DNA of 64,000 bases from Trichosphaerium sp. ATCC 40318 (lineage: Eukaryota; Protista; Tubulinea): NCBI GenBank assembly GCA_038496445.1, contig JALMLS010000376.1, positions 682,001 through 746,000 of the forward strand. Direction: 5' to 3'. Of the stretch, positions 22,901 through 37,200 are shown one piece after another. The position numbers were made by a program, and so were the translations under genes. The notes beneath the pieces were generated by a model. The model saw only the letters and a list, made by a program, of their open reading frames with translations, did not search any database and was not told where the DNA came from. Each line of letters starts with the position of its first letter. The stretch's first letter is position 1.

Positions 22901-25900
22901 CTTCTTTGTCTTGGTATCGTGGATCCAAAACATGCTTCCATATCAAATCACGTACAACAAGAAGAGTCTTTAGCCTCACTCCTTGTGGGTTTGCAACAAT
23001 AGTGCTACGGAAAAATCGAAGAAGGTATCCAACAAGATAGTGACGAGACCAGAATCGTACTAACACCAAATTTGGTGAGTTTAAGGTAGTAGAGACAGGT
23101 AAGTTCAATGGAACCTTGAAAGGTGTGTTAGTGTTTTAAATACAAGGTATTCATAAGTAGGGCGATATGGGAATATCTATCTTGCGTACAAAGTGGGCGT
23201 AATCGCATATGATTTGCAAGAACATTAGCTGTAAATCGTAATTACGATGCTTCTGGCTGACCATTTTCTTTGTCTGCTTTGTGAGCGTATTCATGAATAA
23301 ATGAACCTATTTTTTGGCATGGGATTAGAACGGTACATACAAATAACAACATGTAAACAAAAAACGTACAAGATCGAATACAACACCACGATCCATAATC
23401 TTGAATAGATCTTTTGTGAATAATGCAATACTGCGCAGTGTTGTATCACGGAATTCCATGACTGAATGAACAGATAATAACCGCTTGTAAAGTTCTCTCA
23501 ATTTATCAACAAACTGTGAAGAAAATCTGCCTCCACGTGGACCATCTAAAAACAAGTCAGATCCCGTAAAGCTCAAAAAAAAGAGTGTTAAGATTTCGTA
23601 CTCAAGTTCCCGCTCTTGTGGAGGTCAAGGACCATTGATTTATACATGAGATGGAATAAGACCCAAGAGTAATCTGTGACACTTGCAACTGCGATTGAGG
23701 ACTCAGCCCGTGCAGTGTTAATGGACTCAGAATCTTTCGCTACAAAAAACTTTTAGACTATATCTCGTATTCCGAGAAACAAAAAAAATGAAGCCATACG
23801 AAGTCCGCCAAGCATTTTTGACCATTGTCTGCAAATCTCCTTGTATACCAAACGTTGTTTGTCGAGATTAGAGAACTCATGATCAATAAAAGAAGTAACA
23901 ATATCTAGTCTACCATTCTTATCACTAAGGTTAAACTCACGTGTTTTATCAATTCTAAACAAACCAATCAATACAAGCAAGTATAGTAGCCATGTAAATA
24001 AGCGTACGATTTTACAAGGGACAGAATACCGCTAAATGCAGCTTGCCCACGGCTCGCACTTTGTGTTGTGAGCATGACATCAAGCAGGCGAGTAAAAAGA
24101 ATAGGAAAGAACTTAACCAGCGCAGCCGGTTTGGCTGCTTTTAATTGTTTGATACAACTACTCACCTAAACACAAAATGTAAGAAAAACGAGCCATTGAA
24201 AGTGGGGTTGACAAATAGAAGGCTTGATGAGCCACCAATTTTTTCAATCAAAAAACGTACAAGTTGGTCATTAGACGATGAAATATCTTTAAAGAATTTT
24301 GTAATATTGGCATCTTGAGAGTAAATTGTTGTTCCCCAGTTTACACCGAGTGTAAAAGCTTCCTTATCCTTGTTGTCTTTCGCATCAATGTACTGTTTAA
24401 AAGAACGCAGTAATTAGTGAACTAGAAGCTATAGAGTGGGTTTGGTCCTACCTTGTGATCCTCAGAACTGAGGTAATTAGGAGCTACAGTAACAGAAACC
24501 TTTGGGCTGTATTCACCATCAGCAATCAAGCTATTTTTACGTTAGATGCAAGACAGACTATTAAAAGTAGGCTAAATATAACATACGTTCCACTCCTGGC
24601 AATAGGTAACCAAGCAATTGCGATAAGTTGCTATTAAAAACATGTGAGTGTTGGAAGAAAAAAAAAGGTTCTATTCATTACCCCAATGTTATGCGCCTTA
24701 TGCTGAGATATTCCTGTGCTCATCTTCTTTAACTTTGTGCTAACGTTATAAAACTTGAACAGAAGATGGTGTCTATCTGTTAACGTGAGAGGTAGCTTAA
24801 TCTTCATCTCTGTATAATATCCAGCACGTTTCTCTCCAAATTCTACTTCAGTTGTTCGAGATTGTACAAAGTTAGATGCACCAGAGTACGCTCCGTATAT
24901 GCTCTAAACAAATTAATGTCATGTCACAACAATAGCAGATTAACGTACCGGCTCTTCTGGATCAAGTGTACTGTCATCTTGCTTTAGAAATACCTTGACA
25001 GCAATATTTTTACATGTCTTTCCAGGAAAGTTTGCAAAGTTTGCAATACGTGGATGTATGTAAATGTTGTTTGAGTATATAGTATGCGGATGTGGTTTTG
25101 GCTTATTCAAGATAGACATGAGCTTTACGGCCTATAAAAAAGAATAAAAGGATTAGCCAAAGTGCAAAAAAGGGATACAGCAACAAAGTAAGAATATTCT
25201 CCGTACAGTTTCAATGGACTTGTTTTTCGAACTGTTCGACTTTGTTGGCATTTGTGCGAGCGAGAAGTCACATAAGAAGTTCAAATGAGGTGAAGATGCA
25301 CTGTAGATACTCAAGTCAATGTTCAAACTACCACCAACCTCTAATTTGACATTCTTTGAAAGAGAAAAATGTAAGTCACGCATCTCTAAAGAAAAACAAA
25401 AACTCTGTACCTCTCCAAGCTCTTTTATAGAGTCAATCAACATAGCATCAGTGAGCTGATGCTTCATCTTATACAGTTGTAACTTGTTATTCTTACCACC
25501 AATGTAGCTATTTCTTTCATCGAACAACTGCACTGCTGTCCAGAAAATACCTTGACGGTATTGTCCAAGAATACTTGTAATCTGTCTCACTTCATCCTGC
25601 CATTTTTGGTGTTGCTTTTGTGTCATCTAATGTTGAAAAATAAAAATTAGAATGTTGCCTTTTTACAAGAAACTAAAAGAGTTCAAAGCTTAAGATATGT
25701 ACATTTTGACCTCGCATGTATGCTTGAGCACCAGTATTCAAGTCAGAATAAAGTACGCGCTCCACTCTGAATACTATATAGAGATCCGAGCTTCTAGTAA
25801 ATGGGAACAAAGCATGCTTACTGTTGGTTTCCAGATCAGCTTTCTATAAGAAAGAAGTCAACACGTGTTCAAGGGTTATACTCTTTTAGGATAAAATATA

Positions 25901-28900
25901 CTTACTGCAACGTCAGGAGCAAGCTCTACACCAGCAGCCATCAATAAAGTTCTTGTGAGCATATTATCGCTCAAGAAGTCAAAGTTAAATGTCTCTTAAC
26001 AAGAGTTTAGATTTCATTCTTAATGGCAAGATACAAGTACCTGTAACTCTTCTAGCTTGCGATTTTGAAACATCGTAGATGCAAGCAGATAAAAAGAAAG
26101 GCTCCTCAGATTGTACATCAAACTCAAGGCCTTTTGGAGCAACAAGGAGTAATTGAGACCTAGAAAACATATAAGAGAAGTGGTATAGCACTACAACAAC
26201 TCACGATGTTGAAAGAGGGCGACCTAGTACTCTAGGGTCTGTAGGAGTAGCACTAACAACCATTGGTGAATACTTTTTAAACAAAGCTTGTTTCATAGCT
26301 TCCTTTGGGAAAAAAAAGTAAGAAAAAAGATATAAAAGTTTCAATCGCACCCTCTTGCTCAACTCTATTTTTCTTGCTTCAACATCAGTTACAGGTAGAA
26401 TGAGATGATCATCAAGAAGGATTGAAAGGTCAGCTGCTTTGGTCTCCATAACCATAAACTTATCTCTTGACGGTTTTTTGATAGGCGTTCTGTTAAGCCT
26501 CCTACAATCCTTTTTAGCGACCTTCTTTGATGATACTGTAAAGGGTCTTGTATTGTAACTTACTTGAGAGATCCTGAGAGACCCTTTCTTTTAACGTTAG
26601 ATACGTGAGCAGCTGACATGGCACGTTTCATATTTTTACGCTTTTCGTCAGTGCTAAGAACTTTTCCTCCAAGTTTGGATTGCCATTGTTGTACACGATC
26701 CTTTACAGACAAATTTCCATCATACTCGCTACTTCTACATTTAACCAAGTACCACTGACTCGAAAAGAAGTCACAACAGTAGTCAATATGCTTTGAAACT
26801 GATTCCATAGCCTAAAACTATCAGAATTCTCAACAACATTCTCTTCAACGTACAGGAAACGGAGCAATACGTCTACCACGGATAGACACTTTGATATCAT
26901 TTTCTGGAAAAGTAACCAGTTGTGATAGCTCTTCGTTTTTGACTTCATCAGAAACAAGGCGAGCTTCAAAATCGTTGCATAGGTAATTCCATTGTGACAA
27001 ATCCTTATCAACTCTTCTGAAATCCTTCTCATTAGCTTTTGCTTTTTTATTAAACTAAAGAAGAAAATAAGCAAACAGCGACTTTCTCAAAGTTTATCAC
27101 GTGCACTTGAGAATGACCTAGATTTACTAACTGATTTCTTGTCAATATTCTTAACACGTCTTATAATTAGACTACCATCAGCACGGACAACAGACTTTCT
27201 ATAAAAAGGTTGATAAATAATTTTCACATTAATTTGTACAACAAACCTGCGCTTTTTGTCCTGTTTCTCTTCGATTTTATCATCAGTGTAGTCTATAAAA
27301 CAACTTAAATCTTGGAGGATAAAAAAGACTTCTCATTGGAAGATACATACCCATCAAGAAGGAGTCAATAAATGACTCTGAATCTCCTGCTGGAGCCTTG
27401 CGTTGAGCATTTGATGGTCTGCGCGGTTTACTGATCCTTCTATTAACCTTAATAGAGGACTGCAACAAGTCCTCTAATAGGCTATCAGCGTCTTCTTCAA
27501 TCATGGACACTCTAGGCGCTTTCTTTTCTTGTCTATCAGATTTATCAGATTTTGTGCTTGCACGTGATGCTTTTCTTGCAGTTTTTCGTTGTTTCCTTGG
27601 AGATTTAGTTTTAGATGAGGTAGATGTTTTCCTCTCTCTTATATCGCCCTTTTTTCTAGACGATTTCATTTTATCACCTTTGTCCTCCTTCGGTTTAGTT
27701 TCTTTTGGTTTATCCTTTTGTTTTAGTTTAAGCTCCTGTGTTTTTACAGGCGGCTGCTTTGGTTTATCATTGCCTTGACTAAGTGACATTCTAGCACTCA
27801 AAGGAGTCCGTAAGCCAGCAGAATCACTTGCAGGCAGTGACGGAAAGTAACTCTTTGATAATCTATTCTTCTTCTTCTCTGCTTTTGGGAGTGACAATGA
27901 AGGTACTTTTTGAGGAAAGTATCCTTTTGGAGACTTTATGACAGGAGTAGATTCTGACCTAAACAAAAACAATGTATTAGCGTTTTTCCTCTAACTCTTT
28001 GTCCTAAGAAAATACGCACTTGATGACAGGGAAGAAATTCTTCTTTGCTTGACCAGTAGGCGACAAATTAGGAATAGACTGAGACCTTGAGATGAAGCAA
28101 TTAAAAACTCAATTATTATTTAAATAATCGTACCCAGCAAATCCTGCGTTCATTTGTATCCTATCCATAGCCGTAGGCGATACAGGTGGCATCTTTACCT
28201 TTGGTGACTTTGGAAGTCTTGGTAACGTCGCAGGAGGAGACGAAAGTGTAGCCTTTCCTTTTCCTGGCAACCCTCTTGGACTCTTCTTTTTGAAGCCAAG
28301 TTTAGGAACTTTACCTTTGCCTTTTGGACCTTTCCTGAAGCCCTTAGGTCCACGTTTGCCTTTACCATAGCCTTTTCTTCCTGCTTTTGGAGTGCCTTTT
28401 GCTGAACCCTTTGGTCCACGAGTAGCAATTGCTTTTCTCGGAGATGAGCCTGCTGGCCTAGGACCCTTTGGAGATACTCCAGGAGATATCGTGATACCAC
28501 TTTTCTTAGGTGCTGGATTACCCTTTGGAGACATAGCTCGCTTCTTGACTGCAAGGGAGGCCATATAAGCCAACCTGGCTGAATTTGGAGGCGGTCCTTT
28601 TGGAGAAAATGGACGCTTCATACTGCTTGCAGTTCCTGAAGTACGTGCAGAGAGACTCGGCAAAGGAGACAAGCTTCCATTCTCGTCCTTCACTGGCATA
28701 GGTGGTGGGATAAAAGGTGGTAGAACAGGCGCAGGAATAGCAGCTTTTGGCGATATAATATGTGCTGTCAAAGGAGCTTTGCTTGATTTTGGAGTAGTAG
28801 GAGCTGGTGGTAGTGAGCCAATGCTATTTAAACTCAATGGAGGTGGTTGTATTGAAGGCATGCCATTCTTATCTTCTGGGCCTCCTGGTGTACCACTCTT

Positions 28901-29693
28901 TGAGCGTGTTTTCCTAGCCGACACTTTAATGTCTCTTTGTTTTGATCCAGATTTGCTTGAATCACGCGGTTTACGCCTTTTAGATGAATCACTAGAATCG
29001 CTACGACGCTTTTTTCCTTCACGAACTCTAGCCTCGGACGATTTGCGTGGTGGTATGTCGCTAACATTTGATGTTTTTCTCTTTTTCTTTTCGCCTTGTG
29101 GTTTACCGCTACTAGAACCATCTAATGAACCTTCTAGTTTAGCTTGACTCCGTCGCTGTTTTTTCTCTTTTTGAGCATCATCTTCTAGACCTTTAGTAGA
29201 TTTGGTAGTACGGTGGCTTTTTGTACGCTTCTCTACAAGCTGTGTTAGCGCACCCATTTTTTTTATTTACGTTTTCTGTTTTTGTGGTTTTGCTTTCACG
29301 AAAAAGGATATGGTATCAGGTTGTATACGTACGCGAATGACGCCGTTTTAGACTTTCTGTGCAAGATTTAATTGGTTGGGATTTATAAGTGGTTTAACTG
29401 CCATTTTGGTAGTTTTGGAGGTACGTACTTGGTGCTTCAAGATCTAGAGCAGCTACAGTGGGTTCGGCCGTATTCGATACCAGTTTCTTTTTGCCCATGC
29501 TACCAACTGATGCACTCCTACCGTTGGAGAAATTAACGCGCTTTCCAGAATCTATCGATGTTAGCGTTGTGTTTTTCTGGTCTGGGTAGAATTTTTGAAC
29601 TTTGTTACCTCTTTTACTGCTACGGCGCTCCTTGGGCTTCGTAGGTTCGCTCTTAGGGTCGCCAAAGCGAACACCATCTTTTTTATCCGCCAT
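19993..29693 (-). CDS. DOCK-family (zizimin-like, DOCK-C/D) Rho GEF with long low-complexity N-terminus
   Basis: EEPFFLSACIYD. C2/DHR1 YSNNIYIHP...EMKIKLPLTLTDRHHLLFKFYNV. FWSRHYLVG. DHR2 YRVGFYGSGF..MNGKEFIYKE, LQRVLQGSVLL.VNSGPLAITRAFL. Confidence 0.9.
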
Positions 29694-30037
29694 TTGGATA
29701 AGCGATCAATACCTGTAGCGTGTATAAGCATAGTGCGCTAGATTAAACAAACACAAAATAGTGAATTTGTTGCACTGTCGACACTCCCAGTATAATGTTA
29801 CGTACGGTGTTTCTATTGCGAATAATGTCGTTGCCGTACGATTAACGCAATCCTTAATATAGCAAATAGTAATAGCGCTCTCTTTTCTGAGAGTACTTCG
29901 TGTTGTATACTATTGTATAACCTGAACTGTGCGCAGGTATTTTGGATTTTGATTTTAACCAACAATTACCAAAGTGTCAAACTCGTTCATAACGGCTTTA
30001 AAAAGCGTAACTGTAGTTATAACTGCTTCTCTTAGCT

Positions 30038-33000
30038 ATGGCCTGGCGCAACGTTAGTAAATTTCGTAACGTACGAGGGACATTCTTCCAAAAGGATGCG
30101 ATATATCCTGATCTGCGAGTTTCTGACTCCTCCAGTGATGGTAGAGCCATTAGCGCATCAGCTTTGTTCTTTGCGTTTTGTTGGACCAGCAATACGGGTG
30201 GCACGCTCGGAGTATTGAAACATAGCCAGTATGGTAAACGCCAGGGGTCACCACCGCTAATACACGCGCATTCGGCCCAGATCAACGATCTAGAGTGGAA
30301 CCCTTTCCATGACTGGACTTTGGCCACTGCATCGACAGATTGCTACGCAAAGATATGGTTACTGCCAGAAGAAGGCCTAACAAGCGATCTCAGAGAAGCG
30401 AGTGTAACATTGAAAGGTCACACGAAAAGGATCAATGGAGTAGCTTGGAACCCGACCTCAGATAACGTTTTAGCGACTGGTTCAGTAGACGAAACAGTGC
30501 GCGTTTGGGATGCCGCTACAGGCGAAGAGAAACTCAACCAGAACATTGGCGCTCCTGTTTATAGCGTACGATGGAACTACAACGGCTCGTTATTGTCCGC
30601 AACGTGCAAAGACGGTAAATTGAGAATACTAGACCCTAGAGCCGGCTCTGTTGTTTCTGTGCGTAATTACCGCGTTCTACAACACCTAAAACATTTTGTA
30701 GGAAGTTCAAGCTCACACTGGAAATGTACAACAAGTAGCTACTTGGATGGGTAATGAAGGTAAAATTATCACTACTGGCAGTAACAAAATGAGGTACGCA
30801 GTATTTTTAGACTCACAAACTTTTTTGGTGGCTGTCACGCTTATATTTCGTTTTTACTGAAACAACCAATAGAAACAGGGAATGGTCTGTGTGGGACGCA
30901 AACAATCTCGACAAGCCTCTCCAAACTACAAAGATTGGCTCAGGTTCAGGTGCCTTACATCCTCTGTATGACAATGATACAAAATTACTGTGGGTTACTG
31001 GCAGGGTACGAGAAAATCTAGCGATACTTTGGCATTCACATTGTTTTTTTTTGAAACCGCCTGACTGGAGCGACTTTTTTATGTCACCAGCGTTTTTCTT
31101 TTTGTCTTTTTACTGCACAAAATGGCTTGTATTTATTCGTACTGTTTAGGGTGATAGTGGTATCAGAGTATACGAGACTTTGAGCGACAAACCTTATGTC
31201 AAAGAGCTTTCAGGTGTAATGTCCAAAGAATCACACAGAGGAGTATGTATGGTGCCAAAGGTGCGTATTTGTGTATTACTATCAAGCTCAGTATTTGTGT
31301 GACTGTCAAATTGAATATTATATTTCTTTTTCCCCCCAAACCACTGGTGTGTACTCATTTGTTGTAGCGCGCATTACACGTTATGGGTGCTGAAGTGATG
31401 CGATTGTTGAAAGTAACAAAAAACGCTGTGATGCCTATTGGCTTCAAAGTGCCTAGAAAGGTTTGTGTTAGCGTCTTTGTACGATATTAATTTTGGGTAT
31501 AGAGCTATGCAGATTTCCACGAGGAACTATTCCCTGATACTGCTGGTCCAGACGCTGCGCAGGTAAAAACTTATAGCGTTTGTTATATTTATTAATTGGT
31601 TCGTAGACTTTTGCAGAATGGCTTGGAGGGCAAAACAAAGACCCTAAATTAGTATCTTTGAAACCAGAGAGTGCTCCTGCTCCAGTGGCAGCTTCTGCAG
31701 TAGCTAGAACCTCATCACCAGTTAAGGTAGTATAAAACAAAGAAGGTAGTTTTCGGTTGGCTAATCACTGGTTAGATTGACCCAAGGCGTACCATTAGCC
31801 CATCGCTAAAGGGTCGTAAGGCTAGACCGCTCACCAAAACAATCACACAGAGCCAAGATGGTACTATTGAAGGTGATGATGATGATGACGACTACTTTAT
31901 CCCAAAGGAAGTTCGTATTGTCAGATCTTCGTCTTTCAGACACATCTTTGGTAAACCATTCAACCGAACTGAATGCTTCGATAACCTTCGTGTTGAAAAT
32001 AACGCTATACATGCTCACTCTATCCGTATGAACTCCAAGTACTTTGCCACACCATGGACAGGTAACGGCGGTCGTATTGGTGTTATTGGTCTTGGAGACA
32101 CTGGGAGGCTCCCTTCCACTACAACTTCAGTTCTTGAGACTGGATCACTTGTCTATGATTTCGATTTTAATCCATTTGATGAAGATATGATTGCTGTTGG
32201 CCGTACGATATCTTTCTTTTTGATAATTTTGGCGGCACGTGGTATTAACTCTTATTGTTTTTAGTCGAAAACGCACACGCGAAGATCTATAAGATTCCTG
32301 AAGGCGGTATTTTGAAACGTGGATCGAACTACAATGAGTGTGCTATTGATCTTAGAGTATGTGCTTGTTGTATTTTTTATTTTGAAATAACGACTATTTA
32401 GGGGCACTACCACAAGGTTGTATCTGTTGACTTTCATCCTACAGCTGCCAATGTACTTGTTACTGGCTCTGGAGATATGACAATCAAATTGTGGGATATT
32501 AATACTGGTGATGCTAAGCTTACATTAGAAGGATTTGGCGTAAGTAATTTTTTGTTTACGAATGACTGTGGGGTTAAATATGATTAGGATATGCCTTCTT
32601 CTAACTCATGGAATCAACAAGGATCAAAACTTGTTGCATCCTGTAAGGACAGCAAATTACGTGTTTTTGATCCACGTCAGTCAAAGTGTATTATTGTGCG
32701 TTACATAGTTCTGTATGTTAAAGTAATAACTCATGCTTTCAAATTAGGAAGTACCTGACTTCACTGGAGCTAAGCCTAGTGCTGTTGCATGGCTTGGCGC
32801 TACAGATAAGTTCCTAGCCTCTGGGTTCTCTAAAGGTACAAAATACTTTATATACTCGAACTAATATTTGTTCAGGAAGTAGTGCTAGATCTGCAATGGT
32901 TATTGACACAAGATCACCAGATAAACCAATTGCTAATGTGAGTTTCATTTGGTAGTAATATGGTATGTACTTATGCTGATTTTTAGGTTCAACTTAACAC

Positions 33001-33815
33001 TGGTTCTTCTGTTTTGACTCCTCATTATGATGCTGATACTGGTGTTGTCGTTTTTTCTGCTAAGGTACGTTGTAGTATTGTTAAGATTGACAAATCATTA
33101 TTGTGGCTAAACACTGCCTAGGGTGACGGTAATATCCTCTTTTATGAAATTACTAGTTCTGCACCTGGTATCCACCGTTTGACAGAATACAACACGTCAA
33201 CACCTCAACTTGGTATCGCTATGACACCAAAGAGAAGTCTTGATATCAAGGGTGTTGAGTTATTCCGTATTTACAAGATTACAAAGAACTCTTGCGAACC
33301 AATCTCTTTCAAAGTCCCTAGAACACGTGTACGTTGCAGTAATAATTGTTGATGTGATTAATTGGTTCTTTACTAATCATTATGCCTCTTTAGAAAGAGT
33401 TCTTTCAAGATGATATTTTCCCACCTTGTATTGATCACACTTGTTCTATTGCTGGAAGCGAATGGTTCAGTGGAAAGGATCTCACCGTCAAGCGTGTATC
33501 CCTTCAACCGTCAGGCATGAAGAAACTATCTGAGGCGCCTAAGATTATTCGTAAAGTACGTAAGTACAACCCAGATGAGGATCAACAAATGGATATGGAT
33601 GATATTAAAGAGAAGGTTCTCAATAAGTTCCATGACAAGATTCAAGAGTGGAACGAAGACGACGTAAGTACAGTGCTAATAAGACTGAACAAATGTTTTT
33701 TAACTTTTGAGCTTGTATTTTCTTTGCTGTTCTTTCGCTAATTGTTATTTTATAGACCTCAAACTTGCCAGGTGAAGACCTTAGCGGCTGTGACTCTGAT
33801 GAATGGAGTGATTAA
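30038..33815 (+). CDS. CORO7: Coronin-7 (tandem coronin)
   Basis: Two coronin propellers (SKFRNV..; IVRSSSFRHIFG), WD40 repeats, PIGFKVPRK..FHEELFPDT and PISFKVPRT..FFQDDIFP, acidic end CDSDEWSD*. Confidence 0.92.
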
Positions 33816-34299
33816 AGAAAAAAAAGGTTGTTTTCAAAAAATATGTATCGTGTACTTTAGAGATGTTCAGTAGACTTGTTCTCTTAACTGTTTGTTTGTT
33901 GTTTTTGTTTGTTATTGCTATCAATGGCTTAGTTTTTATGATCGTGGTGGGCTGTGTTTAGTTCATGAGAATACGATGTCTGAATGTGTATGCAGTTGTC
34001 ATAATTTTCAGAGATCTTAGGTGAAAGTGAACTTAACGGTTTGGGTTTTTTCAGTCGTACGTGATGCTACCCAGCACGCTTCGCTACGTGATAGTTGGTA
34101 GGGGTGATTTCTCTACAGAGTGTATGGTTTTGCTAGCTTGCAAACAGCTTTTCTGCGTTTTTGTACCAAGATTTATTGTTTTGTTTCTATTCGATACAAA
34201 TAAGCGCGTTATGCTACTGGGAAGTTGCTTTTTTGCGTTTGCTTTAAAGCAAGTCCGCCGCAAATAAAAACGCGTTTCTATCTCTTCCAACAAGTAATA

Positions 34300-37200
34300 G
34301 CATCCTAGCGTTGCGAGAAGAAGCTTCTAGAAACCATTGTGAACCTATACACGCACGTGTAGCGATTTTTGGTTGCTTCAGCTCTAAGATTTTGTAGGCA
34401 CTTTCTCATTTGCACATCAAGGATGCAGGTGGGTTATAAACGTTCTCAGTATTTTTTTTTGACATGCACGTGTTCTTGACTTGACGCTAACTTTCACAAA
34501 AGCTATTCATTACCATGCCAAGTTTTTCTTGTCGCAAAACGGAAAGGTGCGTGATAAAGTCTGTTTGGCTTATTGGTTTTTGTTGTTGTCGTATATAACA
34601 CTGTCTTTAGGTGTATGTAACTGGTTCTCATAGTTGCAGGTGATGTAATTTGTAGTGCACTACTAGGTTATTAATAGGATCTTTTTGTAGATGTCTTGGT
34701 GTTGGTAAGGATGTTACATCAGTGGATGAACCTACACGTATTCCTGGGTTGTCCAATATTGAGCATATTTTCTCCAGAGCCTATGCAATGTTTGCTGTTA
34801 CTAGTACGGTTTGTACATACCACATATTTCAGTTAAGTATGAAAAATAGGAGGAGGCGATGTATACATGTGGGGTTCAAGAGACGCACGTTACAAGAAAG
34901 TGTACAAGAAAAATAACTTTGATTCTAGGCTCTAGGAGTTGATTATCAAGAGCGTTTTATGTATACCCCACAATTGCTAAAGCCTTTTGGAGGCGCAAAT
35001 AAAGTTGTAAAGTTAGCTGTTGGTGAATACCACACCATTGCTCTCAATGGTACGAAGTACTTGGTTAAGTATGAAAAAACCTAACTGTGTCAAAATTTAA
35101 GAGAACAGACAAGTGTTCAGTTGGGGTTCTAGTAGAAGTGGTGCACTTGGCTGTGGGAATGAAATTACAACTATTAGAGAACCGAGAGAAGTTGAAGTAC
35201 TCAAGGGTAGAAAAGTTAATGATATAGCTTGTGGCGCACACCATGTTCTAGTACTCACTGGTAACGAATGATAAACAACTTTTCCAATCTCAACACCTGT
35301 TATAGATGGTACTGTTTTCGGGTTTGGAGGTGGCTCAGATAGCCAACTCGGCGAACCAGTTGTTGTACGTATAGTTGATTGCTTTTAATGCCTATGCCTA
35401 AACCATTCTGTTGTAGTATTCTGAACATAATCTTCGAGAAATCATAAAAGCTAGTGATCACAAGGTTGTAGCTGTTTATGGAAATTGTTCATCGAATGGT
35501 TCTTTTGCTCTTACAAGTAAGAATATTATAGTATTGTACGTGAGCTTATATGATATTTTAGATGAAGGGAAGGTTCTCAATTGGTACATTAGTCTTTAGG
35601 TGACTTTATAGCTAATCTGGATGAGGGGTTTTGCAATTTGTCTTTCTATTGTACAAGAAAATCCTATAGATGCAGGTTTGTTTGTTTTTGTTAGTGGTTG
35701 TGTATCTTATGTGCTTTAGCGCCTGCTACAAGGTTATTTAGAGGTGAATGGTTTTATCTTACCCTAACGTAGGCCTGTTGCTTCATCGTCAAGAACAATT
35801 AGGAAGAAGAAAGTAAAGAGTGAGTCATGTACTTGTTTTTTTGTTTCGCTTACCAATACCTTTTCAGCACCTTGTTTCATCAACCAAGATAGCACTACTA
35901 TATTTACCAAAATAATACCATCAGAAAGAGTGGTATTTGGTATTACAGGTATGTGATACGCAAATCATCTTAGCTCTAACATTTATGCACAGACAAGGGT
36001 AAACTCTATGTGTGGTAAGTATTGATTTGTCATGTTCAAATATAGTTTATTTTAATCAAGGGGCAATACAATGGCAGTAAATTTGAAAGACGTAGGCATG
36101 CCACAACCATTCACAAGAGGTTGTTTAGTTTTATCTCATATTCTTTTGATTGTTTAATAGTATCTTCAAATGTTGAGTATAGTCTCGCACAATTCGCGGA
36201 GAAGATGTTTTGTGTTATATCTAAGCCAACAAGAAAACGTGTTGGTAAGTTCTTTTTTCCCATTTTTTTCTTAGATATTCTAGGACTTTTGAATTGGTTT
36301 ATTAGAAATTATGAAGACGAAAATACAATTGAGAAGAATAATAGTGACTGTGGCGCTGTGTGCGTTGCTCAAGGCGCCTCTGGACAGAAAAGTCCAAAGA
36401 AAACAGCTAGTGGTCGAGAAGCGTTAACTGATAGTGATTTGAGTTTACGTGGATCTAATAGCTACAGAGCACGTGATTTTTTACCGCTTACAGTAGTGCG
36501 TTTTACAAGTAACGTTATATCATAGGCCACTGGAGAAAACACTCAATATGATCTTCTTGACAGTGATACATTTGAATACGGAGGCTCTATGACGTCTTCA
36601 AATACTGAAGCAAGTTCTATTTATATTACAAACGAAGACTTGGATGAAAAGGGGAAAGGTGAATATCAAACTGTATCAGAGAGCTCAATGAAACCAGGGA
36701 AGCCGAAGAATATGCAATATGATGCCGGAGTATCTCAAAGTTCTGTTTATATTACGGATGTAGAGGCTGAGGAAGATACAGATGATAAAAAGTTGTCATA
36801 CGATACTGCTCTTTCACAAGGTTCCCTATACATCACTGAAGATGCCCCAAAACCAAAGGAAAACAAACCAAAGAATGTTAGCCAATATTGCTATGTTCAA
36901 GATGATGAAGATGATCCTGAACAATTGTAAGTTATCATTCAATTATACAATTTTATTTGTTTCTTGACGGAACATTTCCTTATTTTTGTGAGGCTATCCT
37001 CTTCCTCTGATGAAGAATTATCGTTTGAAGCTTCAAGTGTAGTTGATGGTTATATTCAAAATAGTACGAATCAACTTAACCAACGAGATGAAAAGCTACC
37101 CATTTTATCTGTCTTACTCTCTTTAGGTGAAACTCTTATCGATACAGCTGGATTGACAGCTTCAATGTATTTGAACATGAACGCTTATTTAGCAGAACAT

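Noticed and set aside
27503-29147. Plus-strand ORFs 27503-27778 and 28779-29147
   Set aside because: Antisense shadows of the low-complexity DOCK exons.
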